Positions 32,145-40,840 of a stretch of DNA of 64,000 bases are shown here, piece by piece. Numbering within the stretch: position 1 is the first letter of the stretch; every line of letters starts with the position of its first letter. Source of the stretch: an uncultured Chloroflexia bacterium (lineage in GTDB: Bacteria; Chloroflexota; Dormibacteria; Aeolococcales; Aeolococcaceae); assembly GCA_963841385.1 (NCBI GenBank), contig CAWJCO010000002.1:361172-425171 (forward strand), in the 5' to 3' direction. Below the pieces are notes generated by a model. That model made no database searches. It saw only the letters and a program-made list of their open reading frames with translations, and was not told where the DNA came from. Both the position numbers and the translations under genes were made by a program.

Positions 32145-32928
32145 CGTCGCGGGCCTGATCCTTCCCTTCGGCACCGTCCAGGGTGGCGTACGGCGGTCGC
32201 TCCGCGACTACGGCTCGATGGTCCGCTGGCACCTCGCCGGCCTGCGGATGTGGCTCGTGCTGCTCGGCTCGGTGCAGGCCCTTTCCGGCGTCGGTTTCGT
32301 GCTCGGCATCTCGCTCTTCTTCAGCCGCATACCGACGAGCGCCGCGCTCTTCGTCTCGACCGGCGTGCCGGTCATCAACCTGGTCATGGTGGGGCTCGTC
32401 TTTGGCCCCCAGCTGGTGGCCAGCCAGCGCACCGCCGGCAGCTACGACTATCTGCGGACCCTGCCGATCAGCCGCGCGGTCACCGCCGCCGCCTGGTACA
32501 CCGTGTGCCTCATCAGCGGCATCCCGGCGGTGATCGTCTCGCTGGTCGTGGCCCAGCTCCGCTACGACCTGCCCCTCCACATCTCGCTGATGATCGTCCC
32601 CGCCGTCCTGCTCACCTGCCTCACCGGCACCATGCTGGGCTACGCCCTCGGCCACGCCGTCGGCAATCCGATGGTCACCCAGCTGATCTCCCAGATGCTG
32701 GTCTTCATCATCTTCGGCTTTGCCCCGATCCTCTACCCGATCCAGCAGATGCCGGGCTGGCTTGCCGACCTCAACTGGTGGTTTCCCTTTCGCCACATGG
32801 CGGTGGTGATGCGCGCCGCGCTCACCTCATCGGCGGACCCGGCGGTGCCCACGGCTTACGCGGTGATCGGGGTCTGGGCAGTCGTCGCGGCGGCACTCGC
32901 CGGCTGGTCGCTGGGGCGGCGGCCGTGA
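32131..32928 (+). CDS. ABC-2 type transporter permease
   Basis: Six TM helices; DYLRTLP; FAPILYP..QMPGWL. Confidence 0.88.
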   Translation: MATSDVAGLILPFGTVQGGVRRSLRDYGSMVRWHLAGLRMWLVLLGSVQALSGVGFVLGISLFFSRIPTSAALFVSTGVPVINLVMVGLVFGPQLVASQRTAGSYDYLRTLPISRAVTAAAWYTVCLISGIPAVIVSLVVAQLRYDLPLHISLMIVPAVLLTCLTGTMLGYALGHAVGNPMVTQLISQMLVFIIFGFAPILYPIQQMPGWLADLNWWFPFRHMAVVMRAALTSSADPAVPTAYAVIGVWAVVAAALAGWSLGRRP

Positions 32929-33734
32929 CCGGACTGGTGACCTCGGCGAGGCTCACCCAGCCCCTCCGGCCGCGCGGCGAGCTGCGCTCCGGGTTCCCGT
33001 ACTGGCTGGGCAGCTTCCGCGCCATGCTCCGTTACGACTGGGGGCGGCTGCGCCCGTGGGTCGGCATGATGGTGGTGATCCAAACCCTGATGGGGGCCGG
33101 GATGGTGCTGATGTACGGCTTCTTCTACCCGTCGATAACCCCGGAGCGGGCCCTCTACATCGCGACCGGGGCGCCCACGCTGGCCCTGATACCGCTGGGC
33201 TTGGTGATGGTGCCCAACGGGGTGATGCAGGACAAGCTGCAGGGGACCTTCGACTACGTCTGGTCGCTGCCGACGCGGCGGAGCGCACAGATGCTCTCGA
33301 CATTCACCCTCTACACCGTGATGGCGCTGCCGGGCACGGTGCTGGCCCTGCTGGTGGCGACCTGGCGCTACGGGGTGCATCTCTCGCTCTCTCCGATCCT
33401 GCTCCCCGCCGTGCTGCTCTGCGCCCTGATGTCGGTCACCGTCGGATACGCCCTGGCCCTCGCCATCCCGAACCCACTGGTGACCAACGTCATCGTCAAC
33501 GCGCTCATCTTCGTGGTGCTGCTCTTCTCGCCGATCGTCTACCCGGCGTCGCAGCTCCCCGGCTGGCTCTTCGACGTCCACCGGGTGCTCCCCTTCGAGA
33601 GCATGGCCCAGGTGATGCGGGCCGGCCTCGCCAACGGGCTCGCGACCGACGTGGGGGTCTCGTTCATCGTGCTGGGCGCGTGGACCCTGGCCGGCTGCGC
33701 GGCGGCCGCGTGGGTGGTGGGCCGGCGCCACTGA
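32925..33734 (+). CDS. ABC-2 type transporter permease
   Basis: GTGA overlap; GTFDYVWSLP; FSPIVYP.SQLPGWL. Paralog of the preceding permease. Confidence 0.88.
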   Translation: MTGLVTSARLTQPLRPRGELRSGFPYWLGSFRAMLRYDWGRLRPWVGMMVVIQTLMGAGMVLMYGFFYPSITPERALYIATGAPTLALIPLGLVMVPNGVMQDKLQGTFDYVWSLPTRRSAQMLSTFTLYTVMALPGTVLALLVATWRYGVHLSLSPILLPAVLLCALMSVTVGYALALAIPNPLVTNVIVNALIFVVLLFSPIVYPASQLPGWLFDVHRVLPFESMAQVMRAGLANGLATDVGVSFIVLGAWTLAGCAAAAWVVGRRH

Positions 33735-33736
33735 GC

Positions 33737-34384
33737 TCAGCCCTCCGGGGCCTCCGCCCAGAGCACGACGTCGATGCGGGGCTCGCCGGTGTCCGAGCCC
33801 TGGCTGCGCTCGCGGCGTTCCAGGAGCAGGGTGCGCAGGCCGGGGAGCGCGTGCCGCAGCACCTCCTCGGTGTAGAGGAGTTCGGGGTCGGAGGGACCCG
33901 GGCATCCCAGCGAGTTGAGATGGTGCCCGACCAGGAGGAGGTGACCGCCGGGGGCGACGGCGCGGGCGGCGTCACGGAGCATCGCCGCCCGCTGCTCGGG
34001 CGCCGGATGGATGTTGGCGATCAGCACCAGTTCGTACGGGTCGCCCCGGCTGAGGAACGCCCCGATGTCGGAGTGGACGGCGGCGACGCGCAGCCCCTCC
34101 ACGGCCGCTCCGGCACGCACCCTCTCCAGGGCGACCGAGGAGCCGTCGACGGCGGTGACGTCCCATCCTTGGCGGGCCAGCCAGAGGCTGTTGCGTCCCT
34201 CGCCGGCGCCCAGATCCACCGCCCGCCCCGGCTGGAGCGGGGTGGCCAGCTCCACCAGGGCGGGGTCGGGCTCGGTCGTGAAGAGCCGCTCGACCGCCGC
34301 GTACCTCTCGTCCCAGGTCTCCTGACGCTCGACGGTGCCACCTCCCTCCGGTGGCTGGGGACGCTCTCGGTCGCCGTCGGCCAC
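33737..34384 (-). CDS. Class I SAM-dependent methyltransferase
   Basis: WDERY, AVDLGAGEGRNSLWLA..GW.VTAVD.S, APGGHLLLVGH. Start is approximate. Confidence 0.88.
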   Translation of the reverse strand: MADGDRERPQPPEGGGTVERQETWDERYAAVERLFTTEPDPALVELATPLQPGRAVDLGAGEGRNSLWLARQGWDVTAVDGSSVALERVRAGAAVEGLRVAAVHSDIGAFLSRGDPYELVLIANIHPAPEQRAAMLRDAARAVAPGGHLLLVGHHLNSLGCPGPSDPELLYTEEVLRHALPGLRTLLLERRERSQGSDTGEPRIDVVLWAEAPEG

Positions 34385-34386
34385 GG

Positions 34387-35574
34387 TCAGCCGTCCACGC
34401 AGGCGCCGTCGCCCACCGCGACGGTGCGCCCCTGAGCGGCCCGGACGTCGGAGCTGATGTCCGAGGTCGCCAGCGCGTACCCCTCGTCGGAGGTGGTCGT
34501 GCTCATCGCGAAGGTGACCCCGATGACCTGGCCGTCGAGGTCGACCAGCGGGCCCCCCGAGTCCCCGGGGATGACGTCGGCCGAGACCACCACCGTCTCG
34601 CGGGTGAGGTAGCCGGAGTAGTAGATGTTCCAGGTGGAGGCGTCCTCGGTGCCGCGCACGGCCGCCGCGACCGTCGCCTCGGACCCGCCCTGCGGGTAGC
34701 CGATCACCGCCGCCTGGGTCCCCGCCGCGGGGTAGGCGCTGGCGATCGGGAGCGGGGACATCCCGAGCCCGGGGACCTCCAGGATGGCGACGTCGACGTT
34801 GGGGTCGAAGAGCACGACCTGGGCGGAGAGCGGCTGCCGCCCGGGGGGCTGCACGGTCTGGCTGTACGAGCCGGCGACCACGTGGGCGTTGGTCAGCATC
34901 AGGTCGTCGCCCACCGGCCACGCCGAGCCGGCCACCGCACCGCCCGGGCCCCCGCAGCCGTACGCGATCACCCGGGAGACGTCCGCCTCGGCGGCCCGGA
35001 CCCCGGCGGTGTCGGTGCTGGCCGGCAGGGGCTCGACAGGCAGCGACGGCATCAGCCCGCTGAAGGGGTTGGGGAGGTCGCTGTTCTGGAGGAACTCCTG
35101 CACCTTGGCGAGGAAGGCGGGGGGCTGGGGGGCGATGGTGAGCAGGGCCCGCTCGATCGCCGAGCCGTTGATCTGGGTGTTGACCACGCTCAACGAGCTG
35201 TTGGCGAAGGTGTAGCCGAGGAACCAGGCGACGAATAGGACGCCCAGACAGCTCGAGATGCTGCCCGCCACCGAGTCCCAGGTGGCCAGCCGGGTCTTGA
35301 GAGTGTGCACCCGGGCCCGGTACCCCAGGGTGCTGCCCAGCCCCTCGATGACCAGGATGGCCGCGATGAAGATGCCGGCGGCGATCAGCGGCTCGTCGGC
35401 GCTCCCGGGATGGGGCGAGAAGAACCGGGTGAGGGGAGGGGCGATCAGGGCACCGACCAGGGCGCCCACGACCAGCCCGATCATGGCCAGCCCGCCCCAG
35501 GTGAAGCCGCGGCGGTACCCGGAGAAGGAGAGGGCCAGGATCAGGAGCACGATCAGGGCGTCGAGGATGTCCAT
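34387..35574 (-). CDS. MarP-family membrane serine protease (CvpA-like TM domain plus trypsin-like domain)
   Basis: N-terminal TM domain (GYRRG); catalytic contexts TNAHVV, DVAIL, PGDSGGPL. Confidence 0.9.
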   Translation of the reverse strand: MDILDALIVLLILALSFSGYRRGFTWGGLAMIGLVVGALVGALIAPPLTRFFSPHPGSADEPLIAAGIFIAAILVIEGLGSTLGYRARVHTLKTRLATWDSVAGSISSCLGVLFVAWFLGYTFANSSLSVVNTQINGSAIERALLTIAPQPPAFLAKVQEFLQNSDLPNPFSGLMPSLPVEPLPASTDTAGVRAAEADVSRVIAYGCGGPGGAVAGSAWPVGDDLMLTNAHVVAGSYSQTVQPPGRQPLSAQVVLFDPNVDVAILEVPGLGMSPLPIASAYPAAGTQAAVIGYPQGGSEATVAAAVRGTEDASTWNIYYSGYLTRETVVVSADVIPGDSGGPLVDLDGQVIGVTFAMSTTTSDEGYALATSDISSDVRAAQGRTVAVGDGACVDG

Positions 35575-35774
35575 CCGCTCCGGAGTCTGACGGGTTGGGA
35601 CGGGGTCAAGCCGGCCGGTGGAGTGTTCGGTGGGCGCGGTGGGGGTGGTCGGCGCGGACGCGGCGTTACCCAGTTCGGAGTCGGCCGAGTTTGCCGTCAG
35701 GAGCGTGGGGCCTCATGCTGGGCGGTGCGGCTCCACGGCACACGCCTGGCGCAACGCTGCTCTGAGGAGTTCCC

Positions 35775-36032
35775 ATGGCTGACGTCGTCCGTGTCCACGT
35801 CCACAACGGCCTCAACCGCGAGTATGCGGCGACCAACTTCTCCCTCTCTCCTCACGGGCTGACGATCACCCGCCCGCGTTCGGATGGACAGCCTGGCGAG
35901 GAGATCGTGGCCGTCTTCGACCACGGCAAGTTCGACTGGGCGGAGCGTGTCCCCGAGGGGACGCCGCTCGCGGAGGAGCTGACCCCCTTCGACGCCTCTG
36001 AGCTCGGTCGAGCCAGCCGCAACAAGCCGTGA
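35775..36032 (+). CDS. Hypothetical protein
   Basis: GAGGAG RBS; protein-like 85-aa ORF with high-GC codon usage. Confidence 0.6.
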   Translation: MADVVRVHVHNGLNREYAATNFSLSPHGLTITRPRSDGQPGEEIVAVFDHGKFDWAERVPEGTPLAEELTPFDASELGRASRNKP

Positions 36033-36096
36033 CCTCGGACCGCCGCGACCCGGGGGCCCCGCGCCCCCCTGGTGGGTGCCCTATTCTCTAGGGCAT

Positions 36097-36172
36097 CGGG
36101 GCGTGGCGCAGCCGGTAGCGCGCTTGCTTTGGGAGCAAGAGGTCCCCAGTTCGAGTCTGGGCGCCCCGACCA
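36097..36172 (+). tRNA. tRNA-Pro (anticodon TGG)
   Basis: Acceptor stem CGGGGCG/CGCCCCG, D arm GCGC/GCGC, anticodon arm CTTGC-TTTGGGA-GCAAG, T arm CCCAG-TTCGAGT-CTGGG, encoded CCA end. Confidence 0.97.
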
Positions 36173-36450
36173 GCAGGTCATCTGGCCGTCGGTTTTGAAT
36201 TCACCTGGTGCACTTGCTTCGGTGTTGTCTGGGCCAAGCCGGGCCCCGAAGTGGATCCCGAGAAAAGCGCAGGTAGATTTACCGTATCCGCGGGGAAGCA
36301 AGCGACGTAAATCGTATTGGTAAAGCCCCTTTGAACGCGGTTTGATAGGCGATGTGACGAGGCATGTCTCTGCACGTAGTAAGCGAATCACTATTGCGTA
36401 ATCCTCCAGAAAGCGCTATGGTAGGTTTCCACAGGCAAGCGAGGTAACCC

Positions 36451-37404
36451 ATGCCCCGAAAGCTCGCCGTCGTCGCGCCGCCGGCACCGACCGCCCTGGA
36501 GCGCTCGGTGGGCGACTACCTGGCCAGCGTCGGGGCGCGGGGGCTCTCGCCACGCACCCTCGACCACTACGAGGGCGTCCTCCGGCGAATCCTCCTGCCG
36601 TTCCTGATCGAGCAGGGGATCACGGCGCCGGACGAGATCACCCAGCGGGTGCTCGATCGGCTAAGCACCCATCTCCTCGATGAGGGCGGTGCCCGGGGAG
36701 CCCTGAGCCGCCACTCCGTCGCCACCTACCTCCGGGCCATCGGCCACTACCTCAGCTGGTGCCGTAAGGAGGGGGAGCTGACCACAGCGGCCAAACCTCA
36801 GCCCATCAAGGTGCCCCGCCGGGTCCTGATCACCCTCACCCGCGAGCAGATTCGGGCCATGGAGAACGCCGCCACCAACGAGCGGGACAAGCTGGTCGTA
36901 CGGGTGCTCGCGGATACGGGAGTCCGGCTCGGGGAGCTCCTCGGGCTCACCACTGGCGACCTAGTCGAGCAGGGGCGTCTTCGGTTCCTGAAGGTCGTGG
37001 GCAAGGGGTCGCGCGAGCGGCTCGTGGCCCTCACTCCGGCGCTGTTCAGCCGCCTGCGCCGCTTCATCAACCACACCCGGCCCGAAGACGCCGCCACCGA
37101 CCGCGTCTTCGTCACCCTGCGCCGCAGCCGGATGACCGGTCAGTACGAGCCGCTCGACCCGCGGAGTGTCCAGACGATGGTGGGCGCCCTTGCCCGCCGG
37201 GCGGGGGTCACCGACCGCCCGACCAACCCCCACGCGTTCCGCCACGCGTTCGCGACCTTTGCGCTGCGCCGCGGCATGAACGCGGTCGCCCTCCAGCAGA
37301 TCCTCGGCCACGCCGACCTGACCATGATCTCGGGCACCTACTCGCATCTGGTGCCGGCCGACACGGCGCAGGCGATGATGGCGCTGCTACGGGCAGAGGA
37401 GTGA
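36451..37404 (+). CDS. Tyrosine recombinase/integrase
   Basis: GAGG RBS; N-terminal core-binding domain; catalytic TGVRLGE (R), GKG (K), HAFRH, LGH, TYSHL (Y). Confidence 0.93.
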   Translation: MPRKLAVVAPPAPTALERSVGDYLASVGARGLSPRTLDHYEGVLRRILLPFLIEQGITAPDEITQRVLDRLSTHLLDEGGARGALSRHSVATYLRAIGHYLSWCRKEGELTTAAKPQPIKVPRRVLITLTREQIRAMENAATNERDKLVVRVLADTGVRLGELLGLTTGDLVEQGRLRFLKVVGKGSRERLVALTPALFSRLRRFINHTRPEDAATDRVFVTLRRSRMTGQYEPLDPRSVQTMVGALARRAGVTDRPTNPHAFRHAFATFALRRGMNAVALQQILGHADLTMISGTYSHLVPADTAQAMMALLRAEE

Positions 37405-38248
37405 GGGGTCCTGTTGGGGCGGCAAGACTTAGGGCCACACCTTTGGCCGGTGTTGACGCTGGTAAGCTCGCTCGAGGTGCGCGAGATCAGTCCCCAGGTA
37501 GGGTGATCACTGCAATGCCGAAATTGGCCGCGAACCTAGGCCGGGAGAAGGTCCGGCTCGGCTTCGCCCTGAACCCCTATGCCCTCCGGCAGCATCCGAG
37601 TTGTAGATGTCGCATTCGGGGACGTGCCGCAGCCGACAGGGCGGGCCGAACCGCACTACATCTCTCCGTGGAGAACGCATCTCGGGCTCGTCGACCCCTT
37701 CAGCCTGCCGCCTGGTTTGCTTCAGCGATGCGGTGCCAGACCTTCTGGACAAGTTCAGCTTTGGAAGGGTGGAGCCGGTGCAACTTTCGGTGAGTCACAA
37801 CCTGTATCTGGACTTCTTGGGTCCCTGTATCTGGGCCCGGCGGGCCAGGGGCAGGCACCAGGACGCGAAGGTGTCGTCTCTGACCCTACCCCTTGGGCGA
37901 CGCGCGGCGGAGCCGGAGGTAAGAGCTAGCGTTGGGGCTCGGAGGGGTCGCGGTGAGGAATCGCGCGGCGGCCCTGACGCGGTGCCTCCCGCGGTGGACC
38001 ACGTGCCGTACACGTGGGAACAGATCCGACCTCGCTAGGCGTGGAACCCTCGCTGCGCAGCGCGGGTCGCCACGGGGGATCGCCGCTCCACCCGCTGCTC
38101 CGCCTCGTTCTTGATCATCGGCTCGCGAGGCATGGCTGCGATGGCGCCCAACAACGGCGTGGGCGCTACGCATTGGCCGGCGGCTTCTTACACGCTTGCG
38201 CAGGGCGGCAGGCGGGGATCGTGAAGTTCACGCAGCCGCTGCACGAGC

Positions 38249-38773
38249 TCAGCGAGTTTGTTGGGGCGTGGGGATATGGTCGGCGTGCAGCCGTCGCCGC
38301 TCTAGCAAGAGAGCGGCGAGTTGATCTGCGGCCGCTTCGGGATCATCGTGCTCCCAGACACGAAACGGGGTCCATCCCGCTTCGCGAAGCCGGGCGTCGG
38401 TGTCGGCATCGCGTTCCCGAGTCCGCGCGATCTTAACCCGCCACCAGTCGGCATTCGATTTCGGCCACCCAATATGAGCGGGACATCCATGCCAGAAGCA
38501 ACCATCGACAAAGACGGCAACCCTAGTGCCGGGGAAGACCAAGTCTGCCTGACGCCGGAAGTCCGCGAGAGGGCGTCGGTGGACGCGATACCGGAAGCCG
38601 CGGCGGTACACAGCGGATCGAAAGGCGAGTTCGACGAGCGTATCCCACGAGGGTTGGCGCCTGAGCCGTGCGCTAGCCTTGGGCGACGAGGGCACGGGCC
38701 CACGCTGTGTCTTGAGATCGCCCAACCCACGTCGGCCTAGGGCTCGCACGCTCTGCGGGAGGGCATCCATCAT
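38249..38773 (-). CDS. vsr: Very short patch repair endonuclease
   Basis: DT..E, GFRYR, ADLVF, AVFVDGCFWHGCP.H, W..KI......D, GW...RVWEH. ATGA overlap with the 5mC methyltransferase. Confidence 0.93.
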   Translation of the reverse strand: MMDALPQSVRALGRRGLGDLKTQRGPVPSSPKASARLRRQPSWDTLVELAFRSAVYRRGFRYRVHRRPLADFRRQADLVFPGTRVAVFVDGCFWHGCPAHIGWPKSNADWWRVKIARTRERDADTDARLREAGWTPFRVWEHDDPEAAADQLAALLLERRRLHADHIPTPQQTR

Positions 38774-39882
38774 GCTGCCCGCCGGCTCGGATCCACCGCG
38801 GTGGGGGTAGATTGGCTAACTCCGGCCAGATCATCGACGCGTCCGCCGATGAGCTCCATTATTACCCGAGCCATAACCGGCGACACGCTATTGCCGATCA
38901 TCCGAAAACTATGCCAGCGCGTTGGATGAAACCGGAAGGAGTCGGGGAAGCCCTGCAAGCGTGCCGCCTCGCGGACAGTGATGACACGGTCCTCATCGGG
39001 ATGAATTGGCCGTACAGACTGGTGCTTACCGTGGTCGGCACCGGTACCAGCGCAGAGGGTCGGGCATTGGCCATCCCATGACAAGCGGGCGTGCCGACCT
39101 ACGGCGTCCCGGCCTCCCGGTGGCACGGAACCGAATCGCCTACGTACCGCTTTCGAGTGCTCGGTCCGTGCGTGACCGGTGAACAGGCCTGTCGGTGAGC
39201 GCAACCGAGACGCGTATCGCGATGGGCGACCGGGGCTGGCGATCTTCCACTCGTCGAAGCCATCGGCCATGCCAACGAAGCGCGCCCTCTGGAGATCAGA
39301 AACGGCTGCCTGAACGGTGGCGGCGGAGCTCTTCGCGGCAATGAGATCCGCCATTCGAAGCGGCGTACAACGGCTGCGCTGGAAGCCAAACACGAAGAGA
39401 CGCGGGCGTGTGGTGGCCGCCCCGAAATCAGCCGCGTCAAGGATGATCGGCCCTAGCACGTCATACGTTCCCGGGAGCAGATTGAGGCCTTCCTCGAGGA
39501 AGCGCCGCGAGCCCGCGTAACCCAGTCCCTTCACGTTCTCCATGACGAAGAACGCGGGGGCTAACTCCGACACGAGCCGGAAGAAGTGACCAAGCAACGA
39601 CCGACGGGGATCGTCTTCCCTCCGTTGCCCTATCTCGCTGAACGCTTGACAGGGTGGTCCACCCAAGACCCCCAGGACTGGTCCGCCGGCTTTGGCCTCA
39701 ATGTCCGCGCCGACGAGTCTTGCGACATCGGCAATCCAAAGTTCGGTCGACGGGTGATTGCAGGAGAACGTGGAAGTCAGTACGCGGTCCATATCGACTG
39801 CCAAACGCGGCGGAAGTCCCGCCTGGGCGGATCCGAGTGAGAGACCGCCGCACCCACAGAAGAGGTCTATTAGTAGCGCCAT
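38770..39882 (-). CDS. DNA (cytosine-5)-methyltransferase
   Basis: Motif I DLFCGCGG, IV GGPPCQ, VI MENV, VIII TRPR, IX TVREAARLQGFP, X IGNSV. Confidence 0.95.
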   Translation of the reverse strand: MALLIDLFCGCGGLSLGSAQAGLPPRLAVDMDRVLTSTFSCNHPSTELWIADVARLVGADIEAKAGGPVLGVLGGPPCQAFSEIGQRREDDPRRSLLGHFFRLVSELAPAFFVMENVKGLGYAGSRRFLEEGLNLLPGTYDVLGPIILDAADFGAATTRPRLFVFGFQRSRCTPLRMADLIAAKSSAATVQAAVSDLQRARFVGMADGFDEWKIASPGRPSRYASRLRSPTGLFTGHARTEHSKAVRRRFGSVPPGGRDAVGRHARLSWDGQCPTLCAGTGADHGKHQSVRPIHPDEDRVITVREAARLQGFPDSFRFHPTRWHSFRMIGNSVSPVMARVIMELIGGRVDDLAGVSQSTPTAVDPSRRAA

Positions 39883-39887
39883 GGGAG

Positions 39888-40838
39888 CTATGCGTTGATC
39901 TGGGCGAACGTGGGGTAATACAAGTAGTAGGTCTCGAAGGCTCTGATCTGATCGTCCTCGAGATCAAAGCCCAGCCGCCGTACAGAGGCCCGTGAGAGGC
40001 GGCGGGATCGCGGAAGCTCTGCCTGAAGGGCGCTAACCTCGCGAAGTGTGAGGAGCGGAGCCGCAACCGGAATCTGGGGCATGCTTGGCCAGTCATGGCC
40101 AGCAACGTCCGCCTCGACAGCGGGGCGCGCGGCTCGTGCGGGTAGTACTCCCCCGACGGTGATCATCGGCGTGCTGTCGCGGTAAAGGACCCGGAACGCC
40201 TTTACCAGTCCGGCGGGCTGGCCAGCGTTGGCGGCGCACGCCACCATGTAGTCGAGAAGCAGGTCGGCAAGGAGCCGCTGCGTCGGCTCGATCCCCTGAC
40301 AGTCATCGAGGGTTAGGTCATCTGGGACGACGGAGCCGAAGAGGGTTCTCAAGCGCTGAGGCCGCTGTGCCGGCCTATCTGCAATCCGACGTTCGGCCGC
40401 CCTGACCGTGACGAGGACGACGCTATTGGGCGGGGCGCGTTCGATGACGAGGCGTACGTCGTCGAGCTTATCCTCGGATACATCGTCGTCGTAGTCCAAC
40501 CACACGAGCCATGGCCTCAGGGACATCTGTGGATCAGCACACAGGCGGGGAAGCACGTCACGTGAGGAACCCGTTTCGACGCGGACGGTCCGGTATGGCC
40601 GATTGAACTGAGCGCGTCGTGCTCCGATATCGTCCTCTTCGATCGAAACCATGTCGCGAACACGGAGGAGTCGGTGAGCCAGGCTGAAGTCAGTGAACCA
40701 GATGGATCCAAAGCCTACATAGGCCCACCTATTCAGGTCGAGCACGCCTTGAAGACGGCGGAGACCATCGAAGACTAAGCTCCGCTGGATGGCCTTGTTG
40801 GGTCTGAGGCTGAAGTTGACGACGTTGAAGGACGGCAC
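39888..40838 (-). CDS. Uncharacterised SAM-dependent methyltransferase-fold protein
   Basis: N-terminal NFSLRPNK.I.R; motif I-like YVGFGSIWFTDF, motif II-like SIEEDD, motif IV-like VWLDYD; YRDSTPM.TVGG; C-terminal YY.YYPTF. Matches my recollection of the 'putative O-methyltransferase' family found beside GHKL ATPases. Confidence 0.65.
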   Translation of the reverse strand: MPSFNVVNFSLRPNKAIQRSLVFDGLRRLQGVLDLNRWAYVGFGSIWFTDFSLAHRLLRVRDMVSIEEDDIGARRAQFNRPYRTVRVETGSSRDVLPRLCADPQMSLRPWLVWLDYDDDVSEDKLDDVRLVIERAPPNSVVLVTVRAAERRIADRPAQRPQRLRTLFGSVVPDDLTLDDCQGIEPTQRLLADLLLDYMVACAANAGQPAGLVKAFRVLYRDSTPMITVGGVLPARAARPAVEADVAGHDWPSMPQIPVAAPLLTLREVSALQAELPRSRRLSRASVRRLGFDLEDDQIRAFETYYLYYPTFAQINA

Positions 40839-40840
40839 GG

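Noticed and set aside
35852-36391. Minus-strand ORF containing LPRGYGKST (terminase-like Walker A)
   Set aside because: It runs antisense through the tRNA and an upstream gene and has no other terminase motifs; most likely chance.
38770-39882. C5 methyltransferase as DrmMII of a class 2 DISARM
   Set aside because: No drmE is present, while drmD and drmMI define class 1, and the MTase sits in a separate operon with Vsr. Kept only as a hypothesis under findings.
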